Part shown: positions 9,323-18,964 of the stretch, in pieces
Position numbering within the stretch: the first letter of the stretch is position 1
Layout of the letters: the number at the start of each line of letters is the position of its first letter
Source: an uncultured bacterium
GTDB taxonomy: Bacteria > Edwardsbacteria > AC1 > EtOH8
Direction: 5' to 3'
Length of the DNA: 64,000 nucleotides
Assembly: GCA_937863685.1 (NCBI GenBank)
Contig: CALMGM010000009.1
Coordinates: forward strand, 178,403-242,402
Position numbers and translations under genes: made by a program
Notes under the pieces: model-generated
Told to the model about the DNA's origin: nothing
The model's input: only the letters and a program-made list of their open reading frames with translations
The model's database searches: none

Positions 9323-9372
9323 GTCATTCCTGCACTTAATTGCATTCAGCATAAATTCCAACAGGAATCCAG
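9323..9372. repeat. Intergenic hairpin repeat GTCATTCCTGCAC...AACAGGAATCCAGG
   Basis: Terminal inverted repeat CATTCCTG/CAGGAATC, same family as type A. Confidence 0.55.
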
Positions 9373-9421
9373 GATTTACCAATTCATTCCTGCTCTTTTC
9401 TCTTTGAAAGGGACAGAATCC

Positions 9422-11371
9422 ATGGGCAAAAATATGGCCCTATCCACTCTGTTGTTGATTATATCTGTAGCAGTCAACTCAAGTTCCGCACCGCTGCAAA
9501 GCACCAGTGGGATCCCCGGGAATGCGTTGACCGCTGGGCATAGCGCAAAGTCCATCATATTCCTTAACGAAGGTTTTGAGTATTGGCCTCCCGAGGGGTG
9601 GACGATCAATCCCCCGTCGGGATATTTGGCTTGGGCCCAGGGAAAGCTTGATTGCAGCACCTATGGCCCCTGGGTTTCCGAGCCGGACAGCGGGGCAGAA
9701 CATACCATCTCTTTTGCAGCTTATTCCATGTTATATCCCGGTAGTTGCGGGGACCTGGAAACTCCTGCCATCACCCTGCCCAACCCGGCCTCTTCCTGCA
9801 GTCTGGGGTTTTATGTCTATAACCGGCCCGATACCTCGCATGGCAATAACGACAGCCTGATCGTATCCGTTACTTCCGACAGCGGGATGAGCTGGAGCAA
9901 ACTTGGCGAGGCCAGGGGAGATATAAACGACTGGACGTATTATGCCTTCTCGCTGTCAGCCTATGCCGGGCAGACCATCCGGATCCAGTTCAGCGGCTAC
10001 AGCGACATCAATGGATCGGACATTTGCCTTGACGAGGTATGGTTCGGACAAAGACCCGCCAACGATGCCGCCATTACGGCCCTTTATGCCCCGGCCAGAC
10101 AGCAATTGTCCCCCATCCCGCCGTCGGTGGCCGTCAAGAATTACGGCACAGATACCGTTGACTCTTTGACCGTCACCTGCCGGATAGATTCGGCCGATGT
10201 CCCGATATATCAAAACCACAGCGACGTCACGGCCCTGGGCCCGGGAGAGACCCGAAAGGTGGAATTGCCCCTGTGGACCCCGGCCGCGGCAAACGGATAT
10301 TCTGCTGCCTTATATCTTTCCTGTTTGGCCGATGCCAATCCGGCCAACGATACGGTGATCGTGCCGACCAATGCTTATATCGCGCCGCGCACCGTCCTGG
10401 CCATGGATTTTACCGCCACCTGGTGCTTTGACTGCCCTTATATGCAAAACGCCCTGCACCAGCTAAAACAGGAAGCAAGCGATTCCTTGTGCGTCATGGG
10501 GATCCATATTTGGGGCGGGGCGGATATTTTTTGCAACCAGCATTCTACCGATATCTTGAATTATTATAACAACGTGGACTGGATTCCAACTGTGATCTGG
10601 GATGGCGGAGACAAACAGGTCGGCGGGTTCGCGGGTGATTATGACGACTGCCGGAGAGAGTTCAACAAAAGGAAGGGTTTCAACGCCCCGTTCACGATGG
10701 ACCTTGCCGGTACGGTCTCCGGGGATACGGTCAGGGTAGATGCTTCCATGAATTATCTGGGAGGTGCGCCGCTGCCGGCGTTTGCCAAGCTGGCGGCTGT
10801 CGAGGATAGGGCTTACGTCTGGCCCAGCCTGTCGGCTCCGGTTCACTGCGACAGCCTTCTTTACATACTGCGCGATGTGGTCCCCACCTCGGCCGGCGAT
10901 TCGCTGATGATCTCCCAGGGGGTAACGGAAATATCATTCGATCTGCCCCTCGATCCAACCTGGGCGCCTGCCAAAATGAATTTTATCGTTTATGCGGAGA
11001 ACCGGACAACAAAGGAGGTCTGCCAGGCCGGCCAGATATCATATGCCGAACTGTCGGGCGTTGCGGGGGATCCCGGCCGGAAAAGCATGGATGACCGGCC
11101 GGTTCTCCAGCAGACCTGGCCAAACCCCGCCCACAGCAATGTTAAGATCTCATATGACCTGAATATAGGCCGGCACGTAGTCCTGGCCATATTCGATATC
11201 ACCGGGAGAAAAGTTTGCGACCTGGTTTCGGGGGACAAACCCGCGGGGCGGCACGAAACAACCTGGAACGGCTGTAATAATTCCGGCCATAAAGCGGCCT
11301 GCGGCATATACTTTTCCATCCTGAAGACGACATCCGGTTCAACGGTCAGGAAAATTACCCTGATCAAATGA
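9422..11371 (+). CDS. Secreted T9SS cargo protein: signal peptide, choice-of-anchor-J-like N-domain, thioredoxin-like CxxC domain, T9SS C-terminal sorting domain
   Basis: Signal peptide MGKNMALSTLLLIISVAVNSSSA. LNEGFEYWPPEGWT motif. ATWCFDCPYM, a thioredoxin-fold WCxxC. C-terminal WPNPAHSNVKISYDL...LAIFDITGRKV, typical of the Por sorting domain. The listed ORF begins at 9293, but no RBS or signal peptide sits there. Confidence 0.7.
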   Translation: MGKNMALSTLLLIISVAVNSSSAPLQSTSGIPGNALTAGHSAKSIIFLNEGFEYWPPEGWTINPPSGYLAWAQGKLDCSTYGPWVSEPDSGAEHTISFAAYSMLYPGSCGDLETPAITLPNPASSCSLGFYVYNRPDTSHGNNDSLIVSVTSDSGMSWSKLGEARGDINDWTYYAFSLSAYAGQTIRIQFSGYSDINGSDICLDEVWFGQRPANDAAITALYAPARQQLSPIPPSVAVKNYGTDTVDSLTVTCRIDSADVPIYQNHSDVTALGPGETRKVELPLWTPAAANGYSAALYLSCLADANPANDTVIVPTNAYIAPRTVLAMDFTATWCFDCPYMQNALHQLKQEASDSLCVMGIHIWGGADIFCNQHSTDILNYYNNVDWIPTVIWDGGDKQVGGFAGDYDDCRREFNKRKGFNAPFTMDLAGTVSGDTVRVDASMNYLGGAPLPAFAKLAAVEDRAYVWPSLSAPVHCDSLLYILRDVVPTSAGDSLMISQGVTEISFDLPLDPTWAPAKMNFIVYAENRTTKEVCQAGQISYAELSGVAGDPGRKSMDDRPVLQQTWPNPAHSNVKISYDLNIGRHVVLAIFDITGRKVCDLVSGDKPAGRHETTWNGCNNSGHKAACGIYFSILKTTSGSTVRKITLIK

Positions 11372-11435
11372 CCGGGGCTAAGCTGGGGTAGGGCACCAAA
11401 CCACAGAGACCCTGGGACACAGAAATAATATATAA

Positions 11436-11512
11436 CCCCGTGTCATTCCTGCGAAGGCAGGAATCCATGTGCTTTTGAACCACAAAGACACCAAGGCACA
11501 AAACTTTTTTCG
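11436..11512. repeat. Intergenic repeat, type A (second copy)
   Basis: ACCCCGTGTCATTCCTGCGAAGGCAGGAATCCATGTGCTTTTGAACCACAAAGACACCAAGGCACAAAACTTTTTT. Confidence 0.7.
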
Positions 11513-11655
11513 GCTTTCTATTCTTGTCTGGCCCACATCTCCCCTAAAAAGGGGAGAAACAGTGGGGTGCCCCCGGGATAAAAAACCGCCAAGTCGCTAA
11601 GAACGCAAAGACTTTTCTTCTTTCGTCTTTGAACCTTCCACTTTAAACTGTCACA

Positions 11656-11699
11656 GTCATTGCGAAAAAGTCAGCATATAAGGCATTCGAAGCAATCCA
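11656..11699. repeat. Intergenic repeat, type B (GTCATTGCGAAAAAG...CGAAGCAATCCA)
   Basis: Shares both termini with 9234-9317. Confidence 0.55.
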
Positions 11700-11715
11700 C
11701 TAATACTTGTATGTT

Positions 11716-12120
11716 ATGAAAAGGAACCCCACCGAAAAGGATTTTCTGGCCCTGATCGGCCCCAAAGCCGAGTTGTGGACTGAAATACGTACCTATCTTG
11801 CCTCGCATTATGACCATAAGCCGGAACTGAGCGTTGGCAAAAATGAATACGATTGGACCATCCGTTACCGCGAATCCGGCAAAACCCTGGTAACGCTGAT
11901 GCCCGAACAGGGCGGATTCTGCGTTCTGGTTGTCTTGGGCAAGGAGGAAATTGAAAAGGTTGGCCATGCCAAGCTCAATGCTTACGTACAAGGCATTTTT
12001 GAAAACGCCAAGCAATACCACGACGGCCGCTGGCTGTGGATAAGGCCGAGGCACAAAGGAGATCTGAATTCGATCATTGCTTTACTTTCTGTAAAAAAGA
12101 TGCCAGCACTGATGAAATAA
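11716..12120 (+). CDS. Small conserved hypothetical protein (possibly DUF3788-like)
   Basis: ORF of ~135 aa. The family assignment is from memory of a similar WTIRYR...GKTL...GGF.VLVVLGK pattern and carries low certainty. Confidence 0.4.
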   Translation: MKRNPTEKDFLALIGPKAELWTEIRTYLASHYDHKPELSVGKNEYDWTIRYRESGKTLVTLMPEQGGFCVLVVLGKEEIEKVGHAKLNAYVQGIFENAKQYHDGRWLWIRPRHKGDLNSIIALLSVKKMPALMK

Positions 12121-12159
12121 AAACGAAACTCGCTTTAATTATAGATAGGAGGATCAGCC

Positions 12160-13047
12160 ATGTTTTTCATATTCACACTGATAATCGCCGCCGTAGCCGG
12201 ATACATGTGGTTCTCGGCCGGCAAAAAGACCCAGCAGTTCAACGAGGCCTTTGCCAAGAACAAGGCCATCTCCGGCATCGTAGCCGTATTCTTCCTGGTG
12301 ATCGCGGTATTCCAGATGCTGACCGTCATCCCGGCCGGGCACGTAGGCGTGGTGGATTTCTTCGGACACGTGTCGCCGGGGACCCTCAAGGCCGGCATCA
12401 ACCTGCGCAACCCGCTGGCCCGGATCGTAAAAATGTCCATCAAGACCCAGGAGCTCACCGAGGACATGCCGGTGCCGTCCAAAGAGGGCTTGACCGTCCA
12501 GCTGGACGTCACCACCCTGTTCCACCTGGATCCGGAGAAGGCCGCCGAGATATACAAGACTGTGGGGGCCGATTACGCCAATATCATCCTGGTCCCCCAG
12601 TTCCGTTCGGTCTGCCGGGGGGTCACCGCCAATTATGAGGCCAAGGCCCTCTACACCGCCCAGCGGGAACTGCTGGCCAAGGCCATTCAGCAGGAGTTGA
12701 ACGGCCTGATCAACGCCCGGGGCATCATCATCGAAAGCGTTCCCCTTCGCCGGGTGGGCCTGCCCAAAAAGGTGACCGACGCCATCGAGGACAAGCTCAA
12801 GGCCGAACAGGAAAGCCAGCGGATGGAATGGGTGCTGACCAAGGAAAAACAGGAGGCCGAAAGGAAACGCATCGAGGCCAAGGGCATCTCCGACTTTCAG
12901 AACATCGTGGCCCAGGGCATCAGCCAGCCGTTGCTGAGGTGGAAAGGCATCGAGGCCACCGAGAAGCTGGCCAGCTCGCCCAACGCCAAGGTCATAGTCA
13001 TCGGCGCCGGCAAAGACGGCCTGCCGATAATCCTGGACACCCAGTAG
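12160..13047 (+). CDS. SPFH/band-7 (prohibitin/HflC-like) membrane protein
   Basis: An N-terminal TM helix is followed by an SPFH domain (PAGHVGVVDFFGHV...LTVQLDVTTLFHLDPEKAAEIYKTVGADY) and a C-terminal coiled coil. Confidence 0.75.
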   Translation: MFFIFTLIIAAVAGYMWFSAGKKTQQFNEAFAKNKAISGIVAVFFLVIAVFQMLTVIPAGHVGVVDFFGHVSPGTLKAGINLRNPLARIVKMSIKTQELTEDMPVPSKEGLTVQLDVTTLFHLDPEKAAEIYKTVGADYANIILVPQFRSVCRGVTANYEAKALYTAQRELLAKAIQQELNGLINARGIIIESVPLRRVGLPKKVTDAIEDKLKAEQESQRMEWVLTKEKQEAERKRIEAKGISDFQNIVAQGISQPLLRWKGIEATEKLASSPNAKVIVIGAGKDGLPIILDTQ

Positions 13048-13089
13048 GCTGGCTCATCCTGTCGCACTTAAAAGACCATACGCCACAGT

Positions 13090-13146
13090 GTCATGCCTGT
13101 GAAGAAAGGCATCCAGCCGTGGATTCCATCTTTCGATGGAATGACA
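13090..13146. repeat. Bipartite hairpin repeat (GTCATGCCTG..AGGCATCCAG + GATTCCATC..GATGGAATGAC), REP/BIME-like
   Basis: Same GTCAT...CCAG / GAT...ATGAC architecture as 52949-53013 and 63330-63384. Confidence 0.6.
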
Positions 13147-13177
13147 TTTCGAGCATTAACATCAACCGGAGAACATC

Positions 13178-13435
13178 GTGATCAAAATTCTTGGGCTGCT
13201 GGCCGGCTTCCTGACCACCCTCAGCTTTCTGCCTCAGGTGATAAAAAGCCTGAAGACCAAGCACATGGATGATTTCAACATCTGGTTTTTGATATTGATG
13301 ATAGTCGGCCTTTCCCTGTGGACCGTCTACGGGTTCATGATAAAACAGCTGCCCATCATCATCGCCAACCTGGCGACCATATCGCTGAACCTGATACTGC
13401 TGGGGCTCAAGATCAAATATCAAAAACAAAAATAA
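13178..13435 (+). CDS. SemiSWEET/PQ-loop sugar transporter (GTG start)
   Basis: An 85 aa three-TM protein with the PQ motif (LSFLPQVIKSLKTK). Its size is typical of bacterial SemiSWEETs. Confidence 0.65.
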   Translation: MIKILGLLAGFLTTLSFLPQVIKSLKTKHMDDFNIWFLILMIVGLSLWTVYGFMIKQLPIIIANLATISLNLILLGLKIKYQKQK

Positions 13436-13454
13436 GGACTGCAAGCCGAACAAC

Positions 13455-15722
13455 ATGCACAAGATCACCCTTTTCTCCTGCCTGGCCGCCATCACCATAC
13501 TGACCGCCGGCCTCGATAATGCCGGACCTAAAACGTCTTATCTTAAGACCGGCCAAGGCGAATATTTCCGCTACCAGATCGTCGACCTTAGCCTGAAACC
13601 GGATTCCCTGCTTAAGATCAACCCCGACTCCGCCTCTTTGCAGGTGACATTCCGCCACGGGGACAGCCTGATAGCCGGGGTCGGCAGTTGTGCCTCTATA
13701 AGCCTAAAATATGACAAGACCGACAGCACTTGGCGCGGGACCTGGGCCATGCCCTGGAACCCGCCGCTGGGCGTTTACCTGGCCGTTCTGGATGCTTATT
13801 CCGGCAACAACCTTAAGGACTCTGCAACTCTACTTCTTTCCGATTCCGTTACTTTCATTGTCAGATCCCGCACTCCTCAGGCGATCCCCGACGGTTTCTG
13901 CGCCATGACCATCGAGAGCGCCGGGAACCTGCTCAACGCCAAACTTCCTTCTCCGGTTAAGAACCAGAAACATTGGACCAATTTTACCGATTGGGCCAAA
14001 TACCTGGGGGCCGATGCCGTCTGGTACTCGGTGGGCTGGACCATTGAGGGATATCCCGGGACCAACGACAAGAACCCCTGGGTGAAAGAGAATTTCAAGG
14101 TGTTTCCCAAACTGGCCGAAGAGTGCCATAAACAGGGACTCAAATTCGGCGGGTACGTGGGCAGCTATCTTTTATGGGGCCCCACCCTGCGGAAACTGAA
14201 ATATGACTATTCGCTGGAGGCCAAGAACGGCCGGGTGTTCCCCAACCACCATGTCAGCCTGGACGATCCCAAGCGCCGGGCCGATATCGTAACGATACTG
14301 AAACTGCTGCAGGAAGACCCCAATGTGGACTTCATCGGGCTGGATTACATCCGGCCGGGCGCCGGCGGATACGAAACGGCGGACGAATTCGTGGAGCAGA
14401 TGAACATCGAGCGACCGTCCGGATGGGGCAAATGGAGCAAAAAGGACCGGATGCTGTGGGTATCCCGGCAGGTAAAACCGATGTCAGACAAGCCCATCCG
14501 GGCCCGCTGGCAGTGGTGGCAGGCCCACCGCTCGGCCACCGCGGTGGAAAGGCTGTTAGCCGAGGCTGGCGTAAGCAAACCGGTGTGGGGATTCACCCTG
14601 GGCTGGGACAAGGGCCACGAGCACGGCCAGGACCCGCCGATGATGAACGATGCCGGACTGGACCTGGATGCCATGATGATCTACGAATCCAACGCCCAGC
14701 AGTGTTTCGAGATGACCAATGCCTGGTCCAAATATCTCAAAGGCAACGAGGCTCAGATGATGGCCGGCCAGCAGATAGACTGGGTATTACTGCAGAAAAG
14801 CACCGTTCCTCCTGCCCCCGAAGAATTTTACTGGCGTCTGACCGACGCTATCAAGGGGACCTCCGACGGCGGGCGGGTAAAAGGTCTGTTCTGGCACGAC
14901 ATGTTCCGCGGCATCAAGGGACGCAAGGGTCCGCACACCAGCCAGGAATGGCTGATCGCGGGAGCCGCGGCCTTCTCCAAGCTCAGGCAGGAGCTGGGCA
15001 CCCTGCCAATGGACACCAGGATGATCTCCCAGGGTGATAAAACCGCCCTGGCTATAAAATTCCACCGGCCATTGGAAAAGATCCGCATAGAGCCGCTGAC
15101 CGCCGCCACTCCCGGCAGGATCAGGGACATTCAGATCCCTGCCGGCACCACCGATACCATCATCACTTTGGGGAGATTCCCGGTCAACGGGCTGGCGGCC
15201 TGCCGCCTCACCTGGGGCAGCACTGATCACCGGGACCAGCTGGTGGTCTTCAGCTATTACCCCCGCCCCTACTCCGATAATCCCTTCCGCCCCCTCCAAT
15301 CCTTCCGGGCCGGCGGCGATCTTTTGATCGCCGTTCAACCGGGGAGAAATAATCTGGCAAAAGCAATATACGCCGGAAGGATAGCCCGAAAGAGCGGTTT
15401 GGTGGTCAACAAAACAGCTTTGGACAGTCTTTATCCTTCCCTGGGACATAAATACTCCAAATTATTGATAATCGCCGGAGACAGCATGTCCGCCTCCGAA
15501 AGAACGGCTTTGAAAAATTTTCTCCTGGCATTCCCCGATTTCCCCACAGCCCTGTCTGTCAACCGGGATAGTCTGGCCAGCTTTACAGCCATAAAAACCG
15601 TATTGTTGAAGGGCGATCTGACCGAAGATCCGGAGCTGCTTAGGTTTATCATGGGCATAGCTTATGCCCCTAAAAAGAACGGAGCGGCTGGGACAAAGCT
15701 GTCGTTATGTCTTGACAAATAG
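13455..15722 (+). CDS. Secreted large protein, possibly a glycoside-hydrolase-like TIM barrel (GHL10/YddW-like)
   Basis: Signal peptide present. The FIGLDYIRPG motif resembles the DUF187/GHL10 family. The assignment is tentative. Confidence 0.4.
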   Translation: MHKITLFSCLAAITILTAGLDNAGPKTSYLKTGQGEYFRYQIVDLSLKPDSLLKINPDSASLQVTFRHGDSLIAGVGSCASISLKYDKTDSTWRGTWAMPWNPPLGVYLAVLDAYSGNNLKDSATLLLSDSVTFIVRSRTPQAIPDGFCAMTIESAGNLLNAKLPSPVKNQKHWTNFTDWAKYLGADAVWYSVGWTIEGYPGTNDKNPWVKENFKVFPKLAEECHKQGLKFGGYVGSYLLWGPTLRKLKYDYSLEAKNGRVFPNHHVSLDDPKRRADIVTILKLLQEDPNVDFIGLDYIRPGAGGYETADEFVEQMNIERPSGWGKWSKKDRMLWVSRQVKPMSDKPIRARWQWWQAHRSATAVERLLAEAGVSKPVWGFTLGWDKGHEHGQDPPMMNDAGLDLDAMMIYESNAQQCFEMTNAWSKYLKGNEAQMMAGQQIDWVLLQKSTVPPAPEEFYWRLTDAIKGTSDGGRVKGLFWHDMFRGIKGRKGPHTSQEWLIAGAAAFSKLRQELGTLPMDTRMISQGDKTALAIKFHRPLEKIRIEPLTAATPGRIRDIQIPAGTTDTIITLGRFPVNGLAACRLTWGSTDHRDQLVVFSYYPRPYSDNPFRPLQSFRAGGDLLIAVQPGRNNLAKAIYAGRIARKSGLVVNKTALDSLYPSLGHKYSKLLIIAGDSMSASERTALKNFLLAFPDFPTALSVNRDSLASFTAIKTVLLKGDLTEDPELLRFIMGIAYAPKKNGAAGTKLSLCLDK

Positions 15723-15778
15723 GCTTTTATGAATTATCATTAAATGTTAAAACTTGTTAAACTTTTATAAGATATCCA

Positions 15779-16762
15779 TTGTCTAAAGTCATGATACGGA
15801 AAATGATAAAATTCATAGTTATTTGCTTCTTATCCCTGCCCTTCCCGGCGATTGCCTCAAAATATGCCGGTGAATTTCTGAATGTCGGCCTGGGATCGGC
15901 CGCCATGGGCATGGGCGGAGCTTATGTATCTATCGCCAGTGATGCCTTTGCCGGTTACTGGAACCCGGCCGGGACCTTTTCGGCCGGCCATCAGATAATC
16001 TTTGCCCATTCCAGTAATTTCGGTTCGCTGGTGGCCCATGATGCCCTGGGATATACTCGCCCGATGGGAACCTATGCCCTGGGGCTGATTTACCTGCGCC
16101 TGGCGGTAAAGGACATCCCCTACACCAACGATGCCCTGATAGACCTGAATAACAACGGGATCATGGATGCCGGGGAAAGGCTGGATGAATCCAGGATCGT
16201 CTACAACGACGATGTGGAATCGGCATTGCTGCTGAATTACAGCCGCAAATACGGCCGGAATACCCGTTGGGGGCTGAACCTGAAAATGGTCAATAAATCA
16301 GTAGGGCCCAGCTCGGCCTGGGGACTGGGGTTGGATGCCGGATGGATGACCAATTGGCAGGAAAATGTCAGATTCGGCATAAACCTGCAGGATATGACAA
16401 CCACCTATCTGGCCTGGGACAACGGCACCAAGGAAATGATCTCTCCCACTATCAGGATTGGAACATCCTACCACCCCTCCATAGCCGGAGAAAGGCCGCT
16501 GGCTCTGGCCATGGGCGGGGACTTTAGATTTGAAGGCCGGCAGTCGGCTTCCAATTATCATCTAGGGAGCACCAGTTTAGACCTTCATTTTGGGCTGGAA
16601 TATTTGCTGAAGAAACGGATCGCTCTGAGACTGGGCGGCGATCAGGGCCGGTTCACCGCCGGGGTCGGCCTGAAAATAGGGCGCTTCAATTTCGATTACG
16701 CTTATTTGGCACATAAATATCTGGAAAGTTCCACCCGTCTCTCCGGCTCCTTCACATTTTGA
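15779..16762 (+). CDS. PorV/PorQ-family (T9SS-associated) outer-membrane beta-barrel protein
   Basis: Signal peptide, then GLGSAAMGMGGAYVSIASDAFAGYWNPAG, the family's Gly-rich N-terminal motif, then an amphipathic beta-strand pattern ending in an aromatic residue. Confidence 0.5.
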   Translation: MSKVMIRKMIKFIVICFLSLPFPAIASKYAGEFLNVGLGSAAMGMGGAYVSIASDAFAGYWNPAGTFSAGHQIIFAHSSNFGSLVAHDALGYTRPMGTYALGLIYLRLAVKDIPYTNDALIDLNNNGIMDAGERLDESRIVYNDDVESALLLNYSRKYGRNTRWGLNLKMVNKSVGPSSAWGLGLDAGWMTNWQENVRFGINLQDMTTTYLAWDNGTKEMISPTIRIGTSYHPSIAGERPLALAMGGDFRFEGRQSASNYHLGSTSLDLHFGLEYLLKKRIALRLGGDQGRFTAGVGLKIGRFNFDYAYLAHKYLESSTRLSGSFTF

Positions 16763-16787
16763 CAATTTTTTAATCTATAACCGCCTG

Positions 16788-17387
16788 ATGATAATTCAAC
16801 GCGAAATACGACGGAAGGCATTCCACATACTGGCTGGCCTATCGCTTCCGGCGCTTTATTATGTATTCATGCTGTTCCACCAGACCACCCTGGCCAAATG
16901 GATAATCTTTGCCGCCACCGCGGCCATTCTGGTGATAGATATCATCCGCCTTAAGCACCTGTTCATTAAAATCATTTTCCTGGATATCTTCGGCCCCCTT
17001 TTGCGGAAACATGAGATCTCGGCCCTCACCGGCGCCACCTATCTGATGATCGCTTCCCTGGCATGTTTTGCGCTTTTCAGGGACTCCATCGCAATATTGG
17101 CCATCTCCTACCTGATAGTCGGGGATTCCCTGGCGGCCCTGGTGGGCCGAAGCGTCGGCCGGACCAAATTCTTCGAAAAATCGTTCGAAGGCGCCGGGGC
17201 CGGCCTGGCTGGATGCCTGGCCGTCGGGCTGATAATAATGCACCTGCCCGGGACCGACCTTGCTTTCTGGGAAATGGCCGCCGGAGCGGCCACCGCGGCG
17301 ATCGTAGAGATCATGCCCATACCGCTGGATGACAACATCAGGATACCATTGGCCTCGGGAGCGGTGATGCACCTGTTCTTCCATTGA
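16788..17387 (+). CDS. CTP-dependent polyprenol/dolichol-kinase or CdsA-family (CTP_transf_1-like) membrane protein
   Basis: Multi-TM protein with C-terminal IVGDSLAALVGRSVGRTK...KSFEGAGAGL. This matches the GD..A...G...K / KSxEG signature of that family. Confidence 0.45.
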   Translation: MIIQREIRRKAFHILAGLSLPALYYVFMLFHQTTLAKWIIFAATAAILVIDIIRLKHLFIKIIFLDIFGPLLRKHEISALTGATYLMIASLACFALFRDSIAILAISYLIVGDSLAALVGRSVGRTKFFEKSFEGAGAGLAGCLAVGLIIMHLPGTDLAFWEMAAGAATAAIVEIMPIPLDDNIRIPLASGAVMHLFFH

Positions 17388-17444
17388 TCATTTAACAAAT
17401 CAATATTAACTAAATCAAATTTAAACCTAACGAAGGAGCAGACT

Positions 17445-18941
17445 ATGGTCTTTAAGAAAATCTTTGCGCTTATCTTGGTCCTGGCCTTAACCGCGGCAGT
17501 TTCCCTTGCCGCCAAGGATAAAGCTGCCAAAGAAGACCCCGAGATGCTGTTATCACAGATGGCCCAGCTGAGCCTGAAGTATCAGGATTACCCCCAGGCC
17601 ATATCCACATATCAAAAACTGCTGGAGAACTACCCCAAGGCTAAACTGGCCAAGGATTATACCTACTACCTGGCCCTGGCCCTCGAACGTTCCAATAATT
17701 TCCAGACTGCCGCCGAGAACTACCAGAGAGTGGTCACCGACTATAAGAATGCTAAATCCGATATCCCCGGCATAGACAGCCTTTCTCTGGACGGGGTCGG
17801 CCGCTGCTTCAACAAGAACTTCAAGGAATATGCCGCCGTCATCAACGGACAGCCCATGACCAAGCTGGAGCTGGATGCCGAACTGGAGAAGGTCCCCTCC
17901 TATTACCGGCCCCAATTTGAGGGCGACGCCGGGCGGAAGAAATTTCTGGACCAGATCATCGAACGCAAACTGCTGTATGCCGAGGCCCAAAAACAGGGTA
18001 TGATGAACAACCCCGAGACCTACCAGCGCATCCAGGACACCGAGCAGAACCTGCTCATCAGGGGGCTTTATGACCAGGAGGTGGTCAAAAAGTCCCAGCC
18101 CTCGGAAAAAGAGATCAAGGATTATTACAAAAAGAACATCAAGGAATACCAGACCCCGGAGCAGGTCAGGGCCAGCCAGATCGTGGTTGACAATTACGCC
18201 CGGGCCCAGATGATAGCCAAGGAATTGAGTTCCAAAAAAGGCCTGCCCTTTGATACGCTGGTAGCCAAGTATTCCACGGCCCCCAATGCCCGGAGCGGCG
18301 GCAGCCTGGGGTTGATCAACAAGGATCAAAAACCGGAACCGGAAGCGGTTCTGTTCAAGATCGCCAAAGGCAAATATTCTAAGGTGATTCCGACCGAGGC
18401 CCGCTTTGCGGTGGTCAAGCTGAACAAAAAGGAAGGCAAGAAACTGCACCTAAGCTGGATCGTTGCCGGGACCGAGGATGAGGCCAAAAAGATAATTGCC
18501 GAGATCAAGGCTTCCCCCGATTCATTCGGGGCCATAGCCGGCAAAAGATCCCTGGATGCCAGCAAGGACCAGGGAGGTGATCTGGGACTGGTGGCCAAGG
18601 ATGAAGTAGCGCCGGAGATTTTCAAGGCTGCCACCGGACTGAAAGCCGGAAAATTCACTGCCAAGCCGGTCAAGTACTATGCCAAATATACCATTTACCG
18701 GATTGACGACAAGATCAAGGCCGGGGTCAAGGATTTTGCCCAGGTCCAAGTCCAGATAACCGGACAACTCCAGAAGGATCGCCAGCAGGCACTTTATGAC
18801 GGTCTTTTAAAGCGGCTGAAGGACGAGGCCAAAATAGAATACTTCCTCGACGCCCCGGAAGCTGATAAAACGGAAGGCAAGCCCGTTGAGAATCCGGAGC
18901 CCGCAACCAAGCAAAAAAAGAAAGCTAAACCCAGAAAGTAA
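17445..18941 (+). CDS. SurA/PpiD-like periplasmic chaperone with two parvulin PPIase domains
   Basis: Signal peptide present. Two parvulin signatures were seen (ARSGGSLGLINKDQ and DQGGDLGLVAKDE), plus a Lys-rich C-terminal tail. Confidence 0.75.
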   Translation: MVFKKIFALILVLALTAAVSLAAKDKAAKEDPEMLLSQMAQLSLKYQDYPQAISTYQKLLENYPKAKLAKDYTYYLALALERSNNFQTAAENYQRVVTDYKNAKSDIPGIDSLSLDGVGRCFNKNFKEYAAVINGQPMTKLELDAELEKVPSYYRPQFEGDAGRKKFLDQIIERKLLYAEAQKQGMMNNPETYQRIQDTEQNLLIRGLYDQEVVKKSQPSEKEIKDYYKKNIKEYQTPEQVRASQIVVDNYARAQMIAKELSSKKGLPFDTLVAKYSTAPNARSGGSLGLINKDQKPEPEAVLFKIAKGKYSKVIPTEARFAVVKLNKKEGKKLHLSWIVAGTEDEAKKIIAEIKASPDSFGAIAGKRSLDASKDQGGDLGLVAKDEVAPEIFKAATGLKAGKFTAKPVKYYAKYTIYRIDDKIKAGVKDFAQVQVQITGQLQKDRQQALYDGLLKRLKDEAKIEYFLDAPEADKTEGKPVENPEPATKQKKKAKPRK

Positions 18942-18964
18942 CATTATTTCCCGGTGATATCGAT

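Noticed and set aside
9293-9421. N-terminal 43-codon extension of the T9SS cargo ORF
   Set aside because: It lies within the repeat-element region and has no RBS. The signal peptide begins at the Met at 9422.
9160-11700. CRISPR array
   Set aside because: The repeats are imperfect, of different types, irregularly spaced and interrupted by a 2 kb gene. No cas genes are present.
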